DNA from: Pseudomonadota bacterium
GTDB taxonomy: Bacteria > Pseudomonadota > Gammaproteobacteria > Steroidobacterales > Steroidobacteraceae
Reading direction: 5' to 3'
DNA length: 39,012 nt
Assembly (NCBI GenBank): GCA_021781775.1
Contig: JAJXWE010000001.1
Location: forward strand, 1 to 39,012
Below the pieces are notes generated by a model. The model was not told where the DNA came from. It ran no database searches and worked only from the letters and a program-made list of their open reading frames with translations. Made by a program: the position numbers and the translations under genes. This document shows positions 1 to 9,242 of the stretch, piece after piece (positions within the stretch are counted from its first letter, which is position 1; the number at the start of each line of letters is the position of its first letter).

Positions 1-9
1 TCCCGCGGC

Positions 10-38
10 TTGACGGGTCCGGTACGGACCGGTCTAAT
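10..38 (+). promoter_or_regulatory. Candidate sigma70 promoter of the tRNA-Phe gene
   Basis: TTGACG (10-15), 17-nt spacer, TCTAAT (33-38), then a GC-rich discriminator ACGCGGCCC, about 18 nt upstream of the mature tRNA 5' end. Read by eye; no score computed. Confidence 0.5.
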
Positions 39-56
39 ACGCGGCCCACCTCCGGC

Positions 57-132
<76 letters not shown>

Positions 133-268
133 TCCCCCTCTTGTCCCCGCTTTGCTGCCCTCCCCTCCACTGCGCTGGAGTTTACGTAAGTAATTGATCT
201 ACAAAGGACAATTGGCGAGATCAGCTCCTAAGTCACTGACGCCAGACGCTTGACAGCACGGCCAAGTT

Positions 269-330
269 GGGGGCAACCTGCGGGGGCAAGTCGACGATTT
301 TGAGGCCCTGGGGGCAACTGCCCGGGGGCA
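269..330 (+). repeat. Four direct copies of GGGGGCA between the tRNA and the integrase (possible arm-type integrase sites)
   Basis: GGGGGCAAC at 269-277, GGGGGCAAG at 282-290, GGGGGCAAC at 310-318, GGGGGCA at 324-330, all on the same strand within 62 nt and 40-100 nt upstream of the integrase start. Confidence 0.4.
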
Positions 331-371
331 GCTGAAAACCGTCTTCCAGGGGTATCGGAGGAGCGGACATC

Positions 372-1667
372 ATGCCAATCACTCACGTCGCCATCGTCAA
401 TGCGAAGCCGCGCGAGAAGCCCTACCGGCTCTTCGACGGCCGCGGGCTCTACCTCGAGGTCTCCCCCTCCGGCGGCCGCTGGTGGCGCTTCAAGTACCGC
501 TTCCAGGGCAAAGAGAAGCGGATGTCGTTGGGGGTCTTCCCCGAGGTGAGCATCAAGGAAGCCCGCGAGACGCTGGATGATGTACGCCGGCAGCTGCGGG
601 CCGGCGTCGATCCGGTCGAGGAGAGCAAGAAAAGGAAGCAGGGTATAGCGGCGAGCGCGCCACCGGCCGGCGATTCATTCGAGGCGGTCGCGCGTGAGTG
701 GTTCGCCAAGCATTCGCCGGCGTGGGCGCCTGGCCATGGGGACAAGATCATCCGGCGCCTCGAACTCAATGTCTTCCCCTGGCTCGGCGCCAAGCCCATT
801 GCCGGCATCAAGCCCCTCGAGCTCCTCGGCGTCATCCAGCGCATTGAGCAGCGCGGCGCCAACGAGACGGCCCATCGCGCCCTTCAGAACTGCGGACGGG
901 TGTTCCGATACGCCGTGGCGACCGGTAGGGCGGAACGCGACATCACGCGCGACCTGATCGGCGCGCTCGCACCCGTGATCGAGCGACATCATGCGAGCAT
1001 CGTCGAACCCCAGGCGGTGGGGGCGTTGCTGCGAGACATCGATGGCTACGCTGGCTCCGTGGTCGTGCGCTGTGCACTACGGGTCGCGCCGCTCGTCTTC
1101 GTCCGGCCCGGTGAGCTCAGGATGGCAGAGTGGTCCGAGTTCAACCTCGATGAGGGGGAGTGGAGGATTCCGGCGGCGCGCATGAAGATGAGAGCGCCGC
1201 ACTTCGTTCCGCTGTCGACTCAGGCGGTGGAGATTCTGCGGGAGCTCCACCCGTTGACCGGCGACGGCCGGTATGTATTCCCGGGTGAGGCGAACCGCAG
1301 TCGGCCCATGAGCAACAACACGGTCAACGCCGCGCTCCGCAGGCTCGGCTACTCAAAGCGCGAGATGACCGGCCACGGCTTCCGGAGCATGGCCTCGACA
1401 CTGCTCAATGAGCAGGGTTGGCACCCGGACGCGATCGAGCGGCAGCTGGCGCACCAGGAGCAGAACGAGATCCGTGCGGCGTACAACTACGCCAAGCACC
1501 TGCCGGAGCGGCGAAAGATGATGCAGGCGTGGGCGGACTATTTGGATCTACTCAAACGCACCGACGTACAAAATCCAAAGAGGACGGTGCCGGACGGTAA
1601 GTCCCAGAACCCGCAGGTTTCCGATCGCCACCAAGGGAGATGTGAGCGAACGGTACGGCTCTCATGA
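372..1667 (+). CDS. Tyrosine site-specific integrase, P4/CP4-57 type (N-terminal DUF4102-like arm-binding domain)
   Basis: 431 aa. The N-terminus KPREKPYRLFDGRGLYLEVSPSGGRWWRFKYRFQGKEKRMSLGVFPEVSIKEARE is the typical P4-integrase arm-binding domain. The C-terminal catalytic region has RPGELRMAEW (Arg), HGFRSMAST (H-x-x-R) and AAYNYA (Tyr). It sits 240 nt downstream of a tRNA gene. Confidence 0.9.
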   Translation: MPITHVAIVNAKPREKPYRLFDGRGLYLEVSPSGGRWWRFKYRFQGKEKRMSLGVFPEVSIKEARETLDDVRRQLRAGVDPVEESKKRKQGIAASAPPAGDSFEAVAREWFAKHSPAWAPGHGDKIIRRLELNVFPWLGAKPIAGIKPLELLGVIQRIEQRGANETAHRALQNCGRVFRYAVATGRAERDITRDLIGALAPVIERHHASIVEPQAVGALLRDIDGYAGSVVVRCALRVAPLVFVRPGELRMAEWSEFNLDEGEWRIPAARMKMRAPHFVPLSTQAVEILRELHPLTGDGRYVFPGEANRSRPMSNNTVNAALRRLGYSKREMTGHGFRSMASTLLNEQGWHPDAIERQLAHQEQNEIRAAYNYAKHLPERRKMMQAWADYLDLLKRTDVQNPKRTVPDGKSQNPQVSDRHQGRCERTVRLS

Positions 1668-1818
1668 AAGATCCCGCAAAGAGCCCAACGTTTTCCGCGA
1701 CGTCCACGCAGTCTCAGGGAAGGGCGCGGTGGGGTCACGATAGAGTCCGAGGAAACTCATCGCTATCGACTGACCCTCGCGCAGCACCGTCGCCGAATAG
1801 TTTGAAACTGAAAGCCGT

Positions 1819-2646
1819 ATGGCCAGTCTGCGCGCGCTGCTGATCGATCTGGACGGGGTGGTTTACGAGGACGATCGCCTGGTGCCCGGTGCGCTTGAGG
1901 CGCTGAGCCGGCTTCGGGAGGAGTCAGTGCCTCATCTGTTCGTTACCAATACGTCCTCGAAGGCGCGAGGGGAATTGGCGACAAAGCTTGCCAATTTTGG
2001 GGTTGCGGCGGACGAGGAGCAGATCATCACGCCTACGGCAGCCGCCGCCGAGTGGATCATTCGCGAAGGCCATGAGCCGGCAGCATTGTTCCTGCAGTCA
2101 TCCGCACGGCGAGACTTCGCTGGCGTGCGCTCGCTGCCGTTTGACGCCGAAGTCGGGGCCGGGAGCGTCGTCATCGGGGATCTCTGTTCGGCCTGGACCT
2201 TCGCCGAACTCAATCGGGCATTCCGTCTGCTGATGGATAATCCCAGGGCACCGCTGGTCGCGCTCGGTCGTACGCGCTACTGGTTGGCCTCCGATGGTCT
2301 TCGTCTCGACGTGGGACCCTTCGTGGCCGCGCTTGAGGAAGCCTCGGGCCGTGCGGCGGTGGTGCTGGGCAAGCCAGCGCCGGAGTTCTTCGGGATCGCT
2401 CTTCAACAGCTTGGCATTTCCGCGGAAGAGGCGGCAATGGTGGGCGATGATATTCATACGGACGTCGGAGCCGCGCTGCGCATCGGCATGAAGGGTGTGC
2501 TGGTGCGTACCGGAAAATTCCGCAATTCCGATCTTGAAACACCGGTCAGCCCAGACGCGGTGTTGAAATCCATCGCGGAGCTGCCTCACTGGTGGCGCAT
2601 GCACAACTCTTATCCGCGTCCTGGCCAAAGGTCAAGGTTCCCGTAG
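1819..2646 (+). CDS. HAD-superfamily subfamily IIA hydrolase/phosphatase (NagD-like)
   Basis: 275 aa. Motif I LIDLDGVVY, FVTNTSS, GKP and the C-terminal MVGDDIHTDV are characteristic of HAD-IIA phosphatases. Confidence 0.8.
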   Translation: MASLRALLIDLDGVVYEDDRLVPGALEALSRLREESVPHLFVTNTSSKARGELATKLANFGVAADEEQIITPTAAAAEWIIREGHEPAALFLQSSARRDFAGVRSLPFDAEVGAGSVVIGDLCSAWTFAELNRAFRLLMDNPRAPLVALGRTRYWLASDGLRLDVGPFVAALEEASGRAAVVLGKPAPEFFGIALQQLGISAEEAAMVGDDIHTDVGAALRIGMKGVLVRTGKFRNSDLETPVSPDAVLKSIAELPHWWRMHNSYPRPGQRSRFP

Positions 2647-2906
2647 AATGACTTCGGACGCTGACCGGACGCGAAGCGCGGCAAGTCCGACGGGAAAGGG
2701 GCGAGCCCGTAAGCGTTCTGCTTCGCAAAGTCCGCTCGGACACGGGCGTGCCGGATTCGTTGAGCTTGACAAGTCGCGAAGCGACCTAGCATTGTCTGTA
2801 GAGGGACTTCGCTGCTGCGTGTCACTGTCACTCCGGGCACAGCTTGCGTCCGATCCCGGGCAAGCGCATGGAGGATTTGATCAGCCCGCCGCACACGGCG
2901 CGATAG

Positions 2907-3929
2907 TCACGCCGAGGCGGGTGGCGGCAGCCGAATCGTCGCCAATGACGCGCACGATGCAAGTCCCTGATACCGTCGGTGAGCTTGCGAGGGTAGCTCA
3001 CCGAAAAGACCCCGGTAATCCCGGGAGAAGTATCCCAAGTGCCAGAAGCCGAAGTGCATGGCCGCATCCGTCACCGAAGGGGCCGCGCGCAGCATGCGGC
3101 GCGCCCCATCGAGGCGTACGGCGCGCAGGAACTCGTGCGGACTCGATCCCAGAGTATTCTCGAAGCAATACTGCAAGGTCCTGCGGCTGACCCCCACCAC
3201 TTTGCAGATCTCGGCGATCGATAACGGCTCGCATGAGCGGGCCTGGACTAGGTCGCGAACCCGCGCCACGATTTGCCAGCGCCGCCGCTCGCGTGCCGCC
3301 GACTCATGATCGAAGCGTGAGTCGAGCAGCAACCGCGCCACATTCGACAGGATACTCTTCCTGAGCGTAGCGCGCAGCGAGGGATCGCTCGCCAATCGCG
3401 CGGATCGGGTCGCCAAGTCCGTAACTGCCACGACGAACTGTCGCATTGCATTACAGCTCGCCTCGCCCACTCCGGCAACGTGCGCCCTTGAAAGCGCCGG
3501 GACGAGCCGGTCCCGATCCTCGCCACCGAGCAGATCCAGAAGCGCATCGCGCGGAACGGCAATACCGCTCATTATCAGTCCTGGTGGCGAACGGAATTCA
3601 AAACCGTCCCGTCCCGAAAACACGAATACTGCTGCTTGGGGCACCCTGGTCCCACAGAACACGGCAGGTGCGGTCATCCTCAGCGGTAGACCCACCGCGA
3701 TTACGTCCTGTCCGAGCATTCCTCCCTGCAGGAGTGATTGGCTGGTGGACTCTATGAACAGACGGATCTCGTCGAGACAGCTCTCCGTCAGTGTGCCGGC
3801 GAACCGACCCGGCGAGAGTTGCAGGTAGCTTTGGTTCCAACCAGTTAGCAGCGCCGCCTGCTCGTCGGCGTCGCTGCTGTTCGCCGTCCGCAGCGTGAAA
3901 TCCCCGGTTAGCTCTTGAGGCTGCGACAT
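2907..3929 (-). CDS. AraC/XylS-family transcriptional regulator
   Basis: 340 aa. The C-terminal double HTH reads SIAEICKVVGVSRRTLQYCFENTLGSSPHEFLRAVRLDGARRML...DAAMHFGFWHLGYFSRDYRGLFGELPS. The N-terminal ligand-binding-type domain is not assignable by eye. Confidence 0.85.
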   Translation of the reverse strand: MSQPQELTGDFTLRTANSSDADEQAALLTGWNQSYLQLSPGRFAGTLTESCLDEIRLFIESTSQSLLQGGMLGQDVIAVGLPLRMTAPAVFCGTRVPQAAVFVFSGRDGFEFRSPPGLIMSGIAVPRDALLDLLGGEDRDRLVPALSRAHVAGVGEASCNAMRQFVVAVTDLATRSARLASDPSLRATLRKSILSNVARLLLDSRFDHESAARERRRWQIVARVRDLVQARSCEPLSIAEICKVVGVSRRTLQYCFENTLGSSPHEFLRAVRLDGARRMLRAAPSVTDAAMHFGFWHLGYFSRDYRGLFGELPSQAHRRYQGLASCASLATIRLPPPASA

Positions 3930-4169
3930 TTGACTGAAAGCCGTTCACGGAATTCCCGTACCCCCGGGGTGTCTAACCGTGCAGCCATCTGTAGTCTGGG
4001 CCATCGGCGGCGTGAGATCAAGAAGCGCCCACCGAGAGACGTTAGCGGACATCGGATATGAATCGACGCGACATTACGCAAATTGGACAAGTAGATCTGG
4101 ATGCTTGCGGTAAGGAAAGCACGTCCTATGATCGCAAAGTCCAGCATAGGCAATGCAGTGGCCCCCGAA

Positions 4170-5516
4170 CTACTCGCAGCGATCCGCAATGGATAGCCTC
4201 CGGTTCTCTGGCCCAGAGGAGGCTCGCGGTTCCACCTGAATGGCTTCAAGACCATGACCGCGGGGACTGGATTCGCGCCGCCAGAGCAGCACCACTGAGA
4301 CGAACGCAACGGAGCTCAATATGCCAAAGTACCACAGCATTGCGTCATAGCCGCTTGGATGTGCAGGTCCAGCATGCGCACGGTCGGCGATCCATCCGGC
4401 GGTGATGTTGCTCAGCGCAAGACACAGGTTGAGCATCATGTCGGTGAAGCCGAAGGCGGTGCCGAGCCGGCGAGGCTCCACCAGCATGGCGGTCGCCGGC
4501 CAGATGATCGCGGGCACGACCGAGAAGCTGATTCCCATGAGCGCCGTCGAGATCCACAGGCTCCAGTGGGTGGTGCCGAGAATCAGGAACACCAGGGGCA
4601 TCAGCAGCGCTCCGATCACCATCATGAGCGAGCGGCGACCGAACCGGTCGGCAAGGTAACCAAACACCGGGGTGGCGAAGATGGCCGCGAAGAACACCCA
4701 GCTGTTGGTGAGCCCGGCCTGCTGCAGCGTTAGGTCCTTTGCATCCTGGAAGTACTCGATCGCAAAGGTGCTGCGGAACGGGAAGAACACCGACGCGAAC
4801 AGTACATTGAGACCCAGGATGTACCAGAAGGACAGATCGAAGCTCAGCAGGTCCGACCAGCGCAGGTACTTGGCGGGCGCCACGGGTGCGAGCCGTCCGG
4901 CCCTTCGCGCGGAACGGTCGACCAGACGGTAGATCTGCGCCGCGACGAAGCTCACCGCGGTCAGCAACGTTGCGAGCCAGAGCGGGGACTGCCAGCCGTG
5001 CAGATAGACAGCATGCGCCCAGTCCGGCGAGGTATCGGCGGCGTAGGAGCCGATCCTGGCACAGCTGAAGAACAGCGCCATGGCCAGCGCCGCCTGCTTC
5101 CCGGAGAACCACTGGGCGACGCCGGCCAGCAAGGCGACGAACAGGGTCTCCTCCGCGATTCCGAATATCATCCGTCCGAGCACCATGACCGCGTAGGGTT
5201 TGCCAACGGCGGTCAGCGCCGCTCCTCCAAGACACAGCGCCGCCGTCCAGGCCGCGACCCGGGCCGGTCCCAGGCGATCGATCAGTATGCCGCCCAGCAG
5301 CACCGTGATGGCATTCGGCAGGCTGAGCATCGCATTGAGAAACCCGATCTGCGCTTGGCTGAAGCCGCGCTCGGTGTGCAGGAGACTCGCGATCGGAGCG
5401 ATGGCATCGAATTCGTAGTAGCAGCCCGCGATCGCCAGGCTGATGAGAGCCAGCACTCCCCAGCGGGAAAGGGGGCGTTCGGCGAACGGATCGGACGTTT
5501 CCGCCGCGGCGCTCAA
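4170..5516 (-). CDS. MFS-family transporter
   Basis: 448 aa and highly hydrophobic, with about 12 predicted TM stretches and an MFS-type loop GGILIDRLGPAR. The ORF begins at a TTG that overlaps the stop of the upstream gene by 4 nt, so the start is uncertain. Confidence 0.75.
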   Translation of the reverse strand: MSAAAETSDPFAERPLSRWGVLALISLAIAGCYYEFDAIAPIASLLHTERGFSQAQIGFLNAMLSLPNAITVLLGGILIDRLGPARVAAWTAALCLGGAALTAVGKPYAVMVLGRMIFGIAEETLFVALLAGVAQWFSGKQAALAMALFFSCARIGSYAADTSPDWAHAVYLHGWQSPLWLATLLTAVSFVAAQIYRLVDRSARRAGRLAPVAPAKYLRWSDLLSFDLSFWYILGLNVLFASVFFPFRSTFAIEYFQDAKDLTLQQAGLTNSWVFFAAIFATPVFGYLADRFGRRSLMMVIGALLMPLVFLILGTTHWSLWISTALMGISFSVVPAIIWPATAMLVEPRRLGTAFGFTDMMLNLCLALSNITAGWIADRAHAGPAHPSGYDAMLWYFGILSSVAFVSVVLLWRRESSPRGHGLEAIQVEPRASSGPENRRLSIADRCE

Positions 5517-6880
5517 CGGATGCGAGCCCCCTGGCGCATCAGTTCCTTCTGCACTTCACCGACGTCGAGTCGATCAAAGGATTGGCCGGAGCGCACCGAG
5601 ATCGCCGCCGCAGCACCCGCGCCCTGGCCGCTCACAGCGCAGCACATCATGTTTCGCACGGCGGCATGCGAGATCCGATCGCCGCCGATCGAACGTCCAG
5701 CCACCAGCAGGTGTCCGACACCCTTCGGCACCAGCGCGCGGTACGGCACGTGGAAGTAGCGCCCCGTGGTCGGCAGGATCAGCACTCCATAGCCGTCGAT
5801 GAACTCCGGGAAAATGCCGATGGCATCGCCGAAGCGGGCCTCTCCACGCACGTCCTCTCCGGTCATGTTGTAGAGCGCATCGATCTTGCGTGTGTCGCGC
5901 ACTCCGAGCGTCATGCCGAAGTTGCGCAGCTTCGCCTGCTCGCAGCCGGGCATGAAGTGCTTGAGCGCCTCGATGGCATGGATCGCCTGGCGCCGCCCTT
6001 CGATCTCGGCGGCCGTGAGATCGTTGGCGTCCGTACCGTCGACGTTCGCCAGATGAATGATGTTCAGATAGGTCAGGTCCCCCTGGTCGGTGACGCTGCC
6101 CCAAGTCCCCGCGAGCGTGCTCAGCTTCGCCGGGATCAGCCCCGCTTCCACGGCGCGCTTGAACGGCTTGCGCAGGAATGGGGAAAACAGCTCGTCTTCC
6201 TTGCCGCTCGTCTCAATGTCCCATTCGCTGTTGCCGGCCCAGTCGCGATAGGTCTGCGGATCGGCCTTGACCTGCTCGAGAAAGCGGACCTTGTTTACAC
6301 CGGCCATGGAGAACATGACCGAGGCGGCCATCATCTGCTCACGCGGGCTTTTGTGCACTGCGGCCCCAGCGCGGGCCGCCACATCCGCATCCCCAGTCGC
6401 ATCGATCACGCGCTTGGCCAGCAACGCTTCGCGCCCGGACTTGCTTTCCGTTATGACGCCGCGGATCAGGCCATCCTCCACGATCGGCGCCACGCAAAGC
6501 CGATGCAGAAACGGCGTGATGCCGGCTTCTTCGATCAGCACGTCCGCGACGTACTTGAACATCTCGGCATCCAGGGCATGACTGTCGGACTGAGGCTCGG
6601 GAGTGGCCGCTCCCATGGCCTTCGCCCGCTGCTCGAGCTCGATGCCGATTCCTTCGCAGTCCACGGTCTGCTGGTGGCGGTACCAGGCGAAGCCTTCTAC
6701 GCCGACCTGGGTGATGTTGCCGCCGAAGCAGCCGTAACGGTCAAGGAGCGCAGTGCGCGCCCCGGCACGGGCGGCGGCCAACGCCGCCGAGAGGCCGCCA
6801 GGGCCGCTGCCGATCACCAGAACCTCTGTCTCGTGAATCACATCGACACTGCGGGCGGGCTCGGGAATTTGCTTAGGCAT
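5513..6880 (-). CDS. FAD-dependent oxidoreductase (FAD_oxidored/PF12831-like), substrate unknown
   Basis: 455 aa. N-terminal dinucleotide fold VLVIGSGPGGLSAALAAARAGARTALLDRYGCFGGN. The overall pattern matches the poorly characterised FAD_oxidored family as I recall it. Confidence 0.7.
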   Translation of the reverse strand: MPKQIPEPARSVDVIHETEVLVIGSGPGGLSAALAAARAGARTALLDRYGCFGGNITQVGVEGFAWYRHQQTVDCEGIGIELEQRAKAMGAATPEPQSDSHALDAEMFKYVADVLIEEAGITPFLHRLCVAPIVEDGLIRGVITESKSGREALLAKRVIDATGDADVAARAGAAVHKSPREQMMAASVMFSMAGVNKVRFLEQVKADPQTYRDWAGNSEWDIETSGKEDELFSPFLRKPFKRAVEAGLIPAKLSTLAGTWGSVTDQGDLTYLNIIHLANVDGTDANDLTAAEIEGRRQAIHAIEALKHFMPGCEQAKLRNFGMTLGVRDTRKIDALYNMTGEDVRGEARFGDAIGIFPEFIDGYGVLILPTTGRYFHVPYRALVPKGVGHLLVAGRSIGGDRISHAAVRNMMCCAVSGQGAGAAAAISVRSGQSFDRLDVGEVQKELMRQGARIR

Positions 6881-6927
6881 AGGGTGGTAGTGTGGATTAT
6901 CGGTTGATGGATTCGAAGACCGGCGGA

Positions 6928-8541
6928 TCAGGTTGCCGCCTCTTCCGGCAGTGCTTCGTACAGCGGCAACGTTAGGAACTCGGTGAAGTCCGGCTCGAGA
7001 CTCAGACGTTCGAATATGCGCGCCGCTTGCATATAAGTCCCGGTCGGTGCACCTGTGGCCTCAATCACAGACTCGACTCGCCGCAGCTCCTCGGGGACGA
7101 GAGCGCGCACCAGGCTTGCGTCCACCTTGCGGCCGTCGTCGAGCACTCCCTTGGGGCTGTGCACCCACTGCCAGACCTGCGAGCGGGCGATCTCGGCGGT
7201 CGCTGCATCCTCCATGAGATTATGGATCGGCACGCAACCGGTGCCGGCCAGCCAGCTGCCGATGTAATGGATCGTCACGTTGATGTCGTTGCGCAGCCCC
7301 GCCTCGGTGATTGGCCGCTCGGGCCGGAAATCCAGCAGGTCCGCCGTGGCGCACCGCCCTTCGGGCACACGTTCACGCTGGTGCGGGCGCGTGCCGAGCA
7401 CCTTGACGAACTCATCGAGCGCAAGCGGCACCAGGCCCGGATGGGCCACCCAGCTGCCGTCGAATCCGTCGCGCGCGTCGCGCGCCTTGTCGTGGCGTAC
7501 GCCAGCAAGTGCCCGCTCATTGGCGGCCGGATCGTTCTTGATTGGAATGAGCGCGCTCATGCCACCGATCGCGGGCGCCCCGCGGCGGTGGCAGGCCCTG
7601 ACCAGCTCGAGCGCATAGGCGCGCATGAACGGCGCCTCCATCGTCACCTGGCCGCGGTCGGCCAGACAGAAATCCCGCCGCCTGCTGAATTTCTTGATGG
7701 CACTGAAGATATAGTCCCAGCGCCCGGCATTCAGCCCGGCGGAGTGTTCCCGCAGCTCGTAGAGGATTTCGTCCATTTCGAACGCGGCGAGCACCGTCTC
7801 GATCAGCACCGTGGCCTTGATGGTGCCCGAGGGCACCCCAAGTGCGGCTTGCGCGGCGAGGAACACCTCGTTCCACAGGCGCGCTTCCCGATGGTTCTCG
7901 AGCTTCGGCAGGTAGAAATACGGTCCCGCGCCCCGCGCGAGCTGTTCATGTGCGTTGTGAAAGAAGGCGAGCGCGAAGTCGAACAGCGCGGCAGAGACCC
8001 TCTGGCCGTCGATCGTCACGTGGCGCTCGTCCAGATGCCAGCCGCGCGGGCGGATCTGCAGTGTTGCGACTGCCTGATTCAGATGGTAATTCTTCGTGCC
8101 GCTCTCGAAGGTGATCACGCGCCGCACCGCGTCCTTGAGATTGATCTGCCCCTGCACCTGATTGCGCCAGCTCGGCGTGCTGGAGTCCTCGAAGTCGGCC
8201 ATGTACGAATCAGCTCCCGAGTTCAGCGCATTGATCATCATCTTGCGCTCCACGGGACCGGTGATCTCCACGCGCCGCCGCTCGAGCGCCGCCGGCAGCG
8301 GCGCGATGCGCCAGTCGCTTTCGCGGATCGCATGCGCCTCGGGGAGAAAATCCGGCAGCTCGCCGGCATCGATACGCTGCTGGCGACTCACGCGTGCGGC
8401 AAGAAGTTCGCGCCGCCGCGGCTCGAAGCGCCGGTGCAGCTTGGCGAGAAACGCCAACGCTTCGTGACTCAATATCTCATCGAATCGCGGCTCAAGCGGC
8501 CCTTCGATGCGCATACCATCGGGAATTTTTCTATTGGTCAT
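6928..8541 (-). CDS. aceB: Malate synthase A
   Basis: 537 aa, the right length for the A-type enzyme. Conserved blocks seen: EITGPVERKMMINALNSGADSYMADFEDS, LQIRPRGWHL, YFYLPKLENHREARLWNEVF, IKATVLIETVLAAFEMDEILYELREHSAGLNAGRWDYIFS, GGMSA.IPIKNDP. Confidence 0.92.
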   Translation of the reverse strand: MTNRKIPDGMRIEGPLEPRFDEILSHEALAFLAKLHRRFEPRRRELLAARVSRQQRIDAGELPDFLPEAHAIRESDWRIAPLPAALERRRVEITGPVERKMMINALNSGADSYMADFEDSSTPSWRNQVQGQINLKDAVRRVITFESGTKNYHLNQAVATLQIRPRGWHLDERHVTIDGQRVSAALFDFALAFFHNAHEQLARGAGPYFYLPKLENHREARLWNEVFLAAQAALGVPSGTIKATVLIETVLAAFEMDEILYELREHSAGLNAGRWDYIFSAIKKFSRRRDFCLADRGQVTMEAPFMRAYALELVRACHRRGAPAIGGMSALIPIKNDPAANERALAGVRHDKARDARDGFDGSWVAHPGLVPLALDEFVKVLGTRPHQRERVPEGRCATADLLDFRPERPITEAGLRNDINVTIHYIGSWLAGTGCVPIHNLMEDAATAEIARSQVWQWVHSPKGVLDDGRKVDASLVRALVPEELRRVESVIEATGAPTGTYMQAARIFERLSLEPDFTEFLTLPLYEALPEEAAT

Positions 8542-8708
8542 TGAACCTCAATTTTGCCGTGCTCCAATCCGCATGCTGAACGAAATATAAAGCGCGGTCC
8601 CCTTAGGCACGGGAATACGAATGAGAGAGCGTTCCAAGTGGCTCTGGACGCCCGATGCCTCTTTATGAGCTGCCGCGACCAAGGATGGTCCGCTTCGCGA
8701 GTCAGAGG

Positions 8709-8993
8709 CTATCCGATTTTGGCAAGGATCGTCTCTTCCCTTGAAAATCAATCAATTGCGGCCGAAGAATGCCGCACGGAAGCTCCGGAGGAATCATCTC
8801 AGTCACGGATAAAGAAGCGTTAAGCGCACATGCAAAGCAAGGATCATTGAGGACGAAACGTCCCTTCCCCATATTCCTAACGTCTCCACCGCACCGGCCA
8901 GCCAGCCAGTACACGCTGGGCATGGAGTCTCTTGCCCGTGGACGCGGCGGAATTTCATTCCGTGACCCGAGGCGGTTTGCCAAAATCGGATAG
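8709..8993. repeat. Perfect 17-bp inverted repeat pair separated by 251 bp in the aceB/TBDR divergent intergenic region
   Basis: CTATCCGATTTTGGCAA at 8709-8725 and its exact reverse complement TTGCCAAAATCGGATAG at 8977-8993. No flanking target-site duplication was seen. Confidence 0.8.
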
Positions 8994-9242
8994 ACCGCAG
9001 GAGCGGGGCGAACCATGCTGGCGCCCGACGCACCATGCTGAAGCAACAGCTCGCTGCCGGTTTGCATGAAGGGGGCTGTCACGTCGGTATACACCGGCGT
9101 GGGACGAAGAATCGGCCGCCCATGCTCCGGGCGCAAAAATGAGTACGACGTGGAGTCCCTTCCTGTTCACGCAAAACAGCACAGCGGCAGTTCCGGGAGG
9201 GAGACCCAATGTCATCAAACATACATCCGGGGGAGAGTTGTC

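Noticed and set aside
5582-6907. 441-aa plus-strand ORF opposite the FAD oxidoreductase
   Set aside because: Antisense to a protein with a clear GxGxxG FAD fold. Shadow ORF.
7027-8544. 505-aa plus-strand ORF covering almost the whole malate synthase gene
   Set aside because: It lies antisense to a gene with unmistakable malate synthase motifs. The product is Arg/Ala/Gly/His-rich with no recognisable domain, which is typical of a high-GC shadow ORF.
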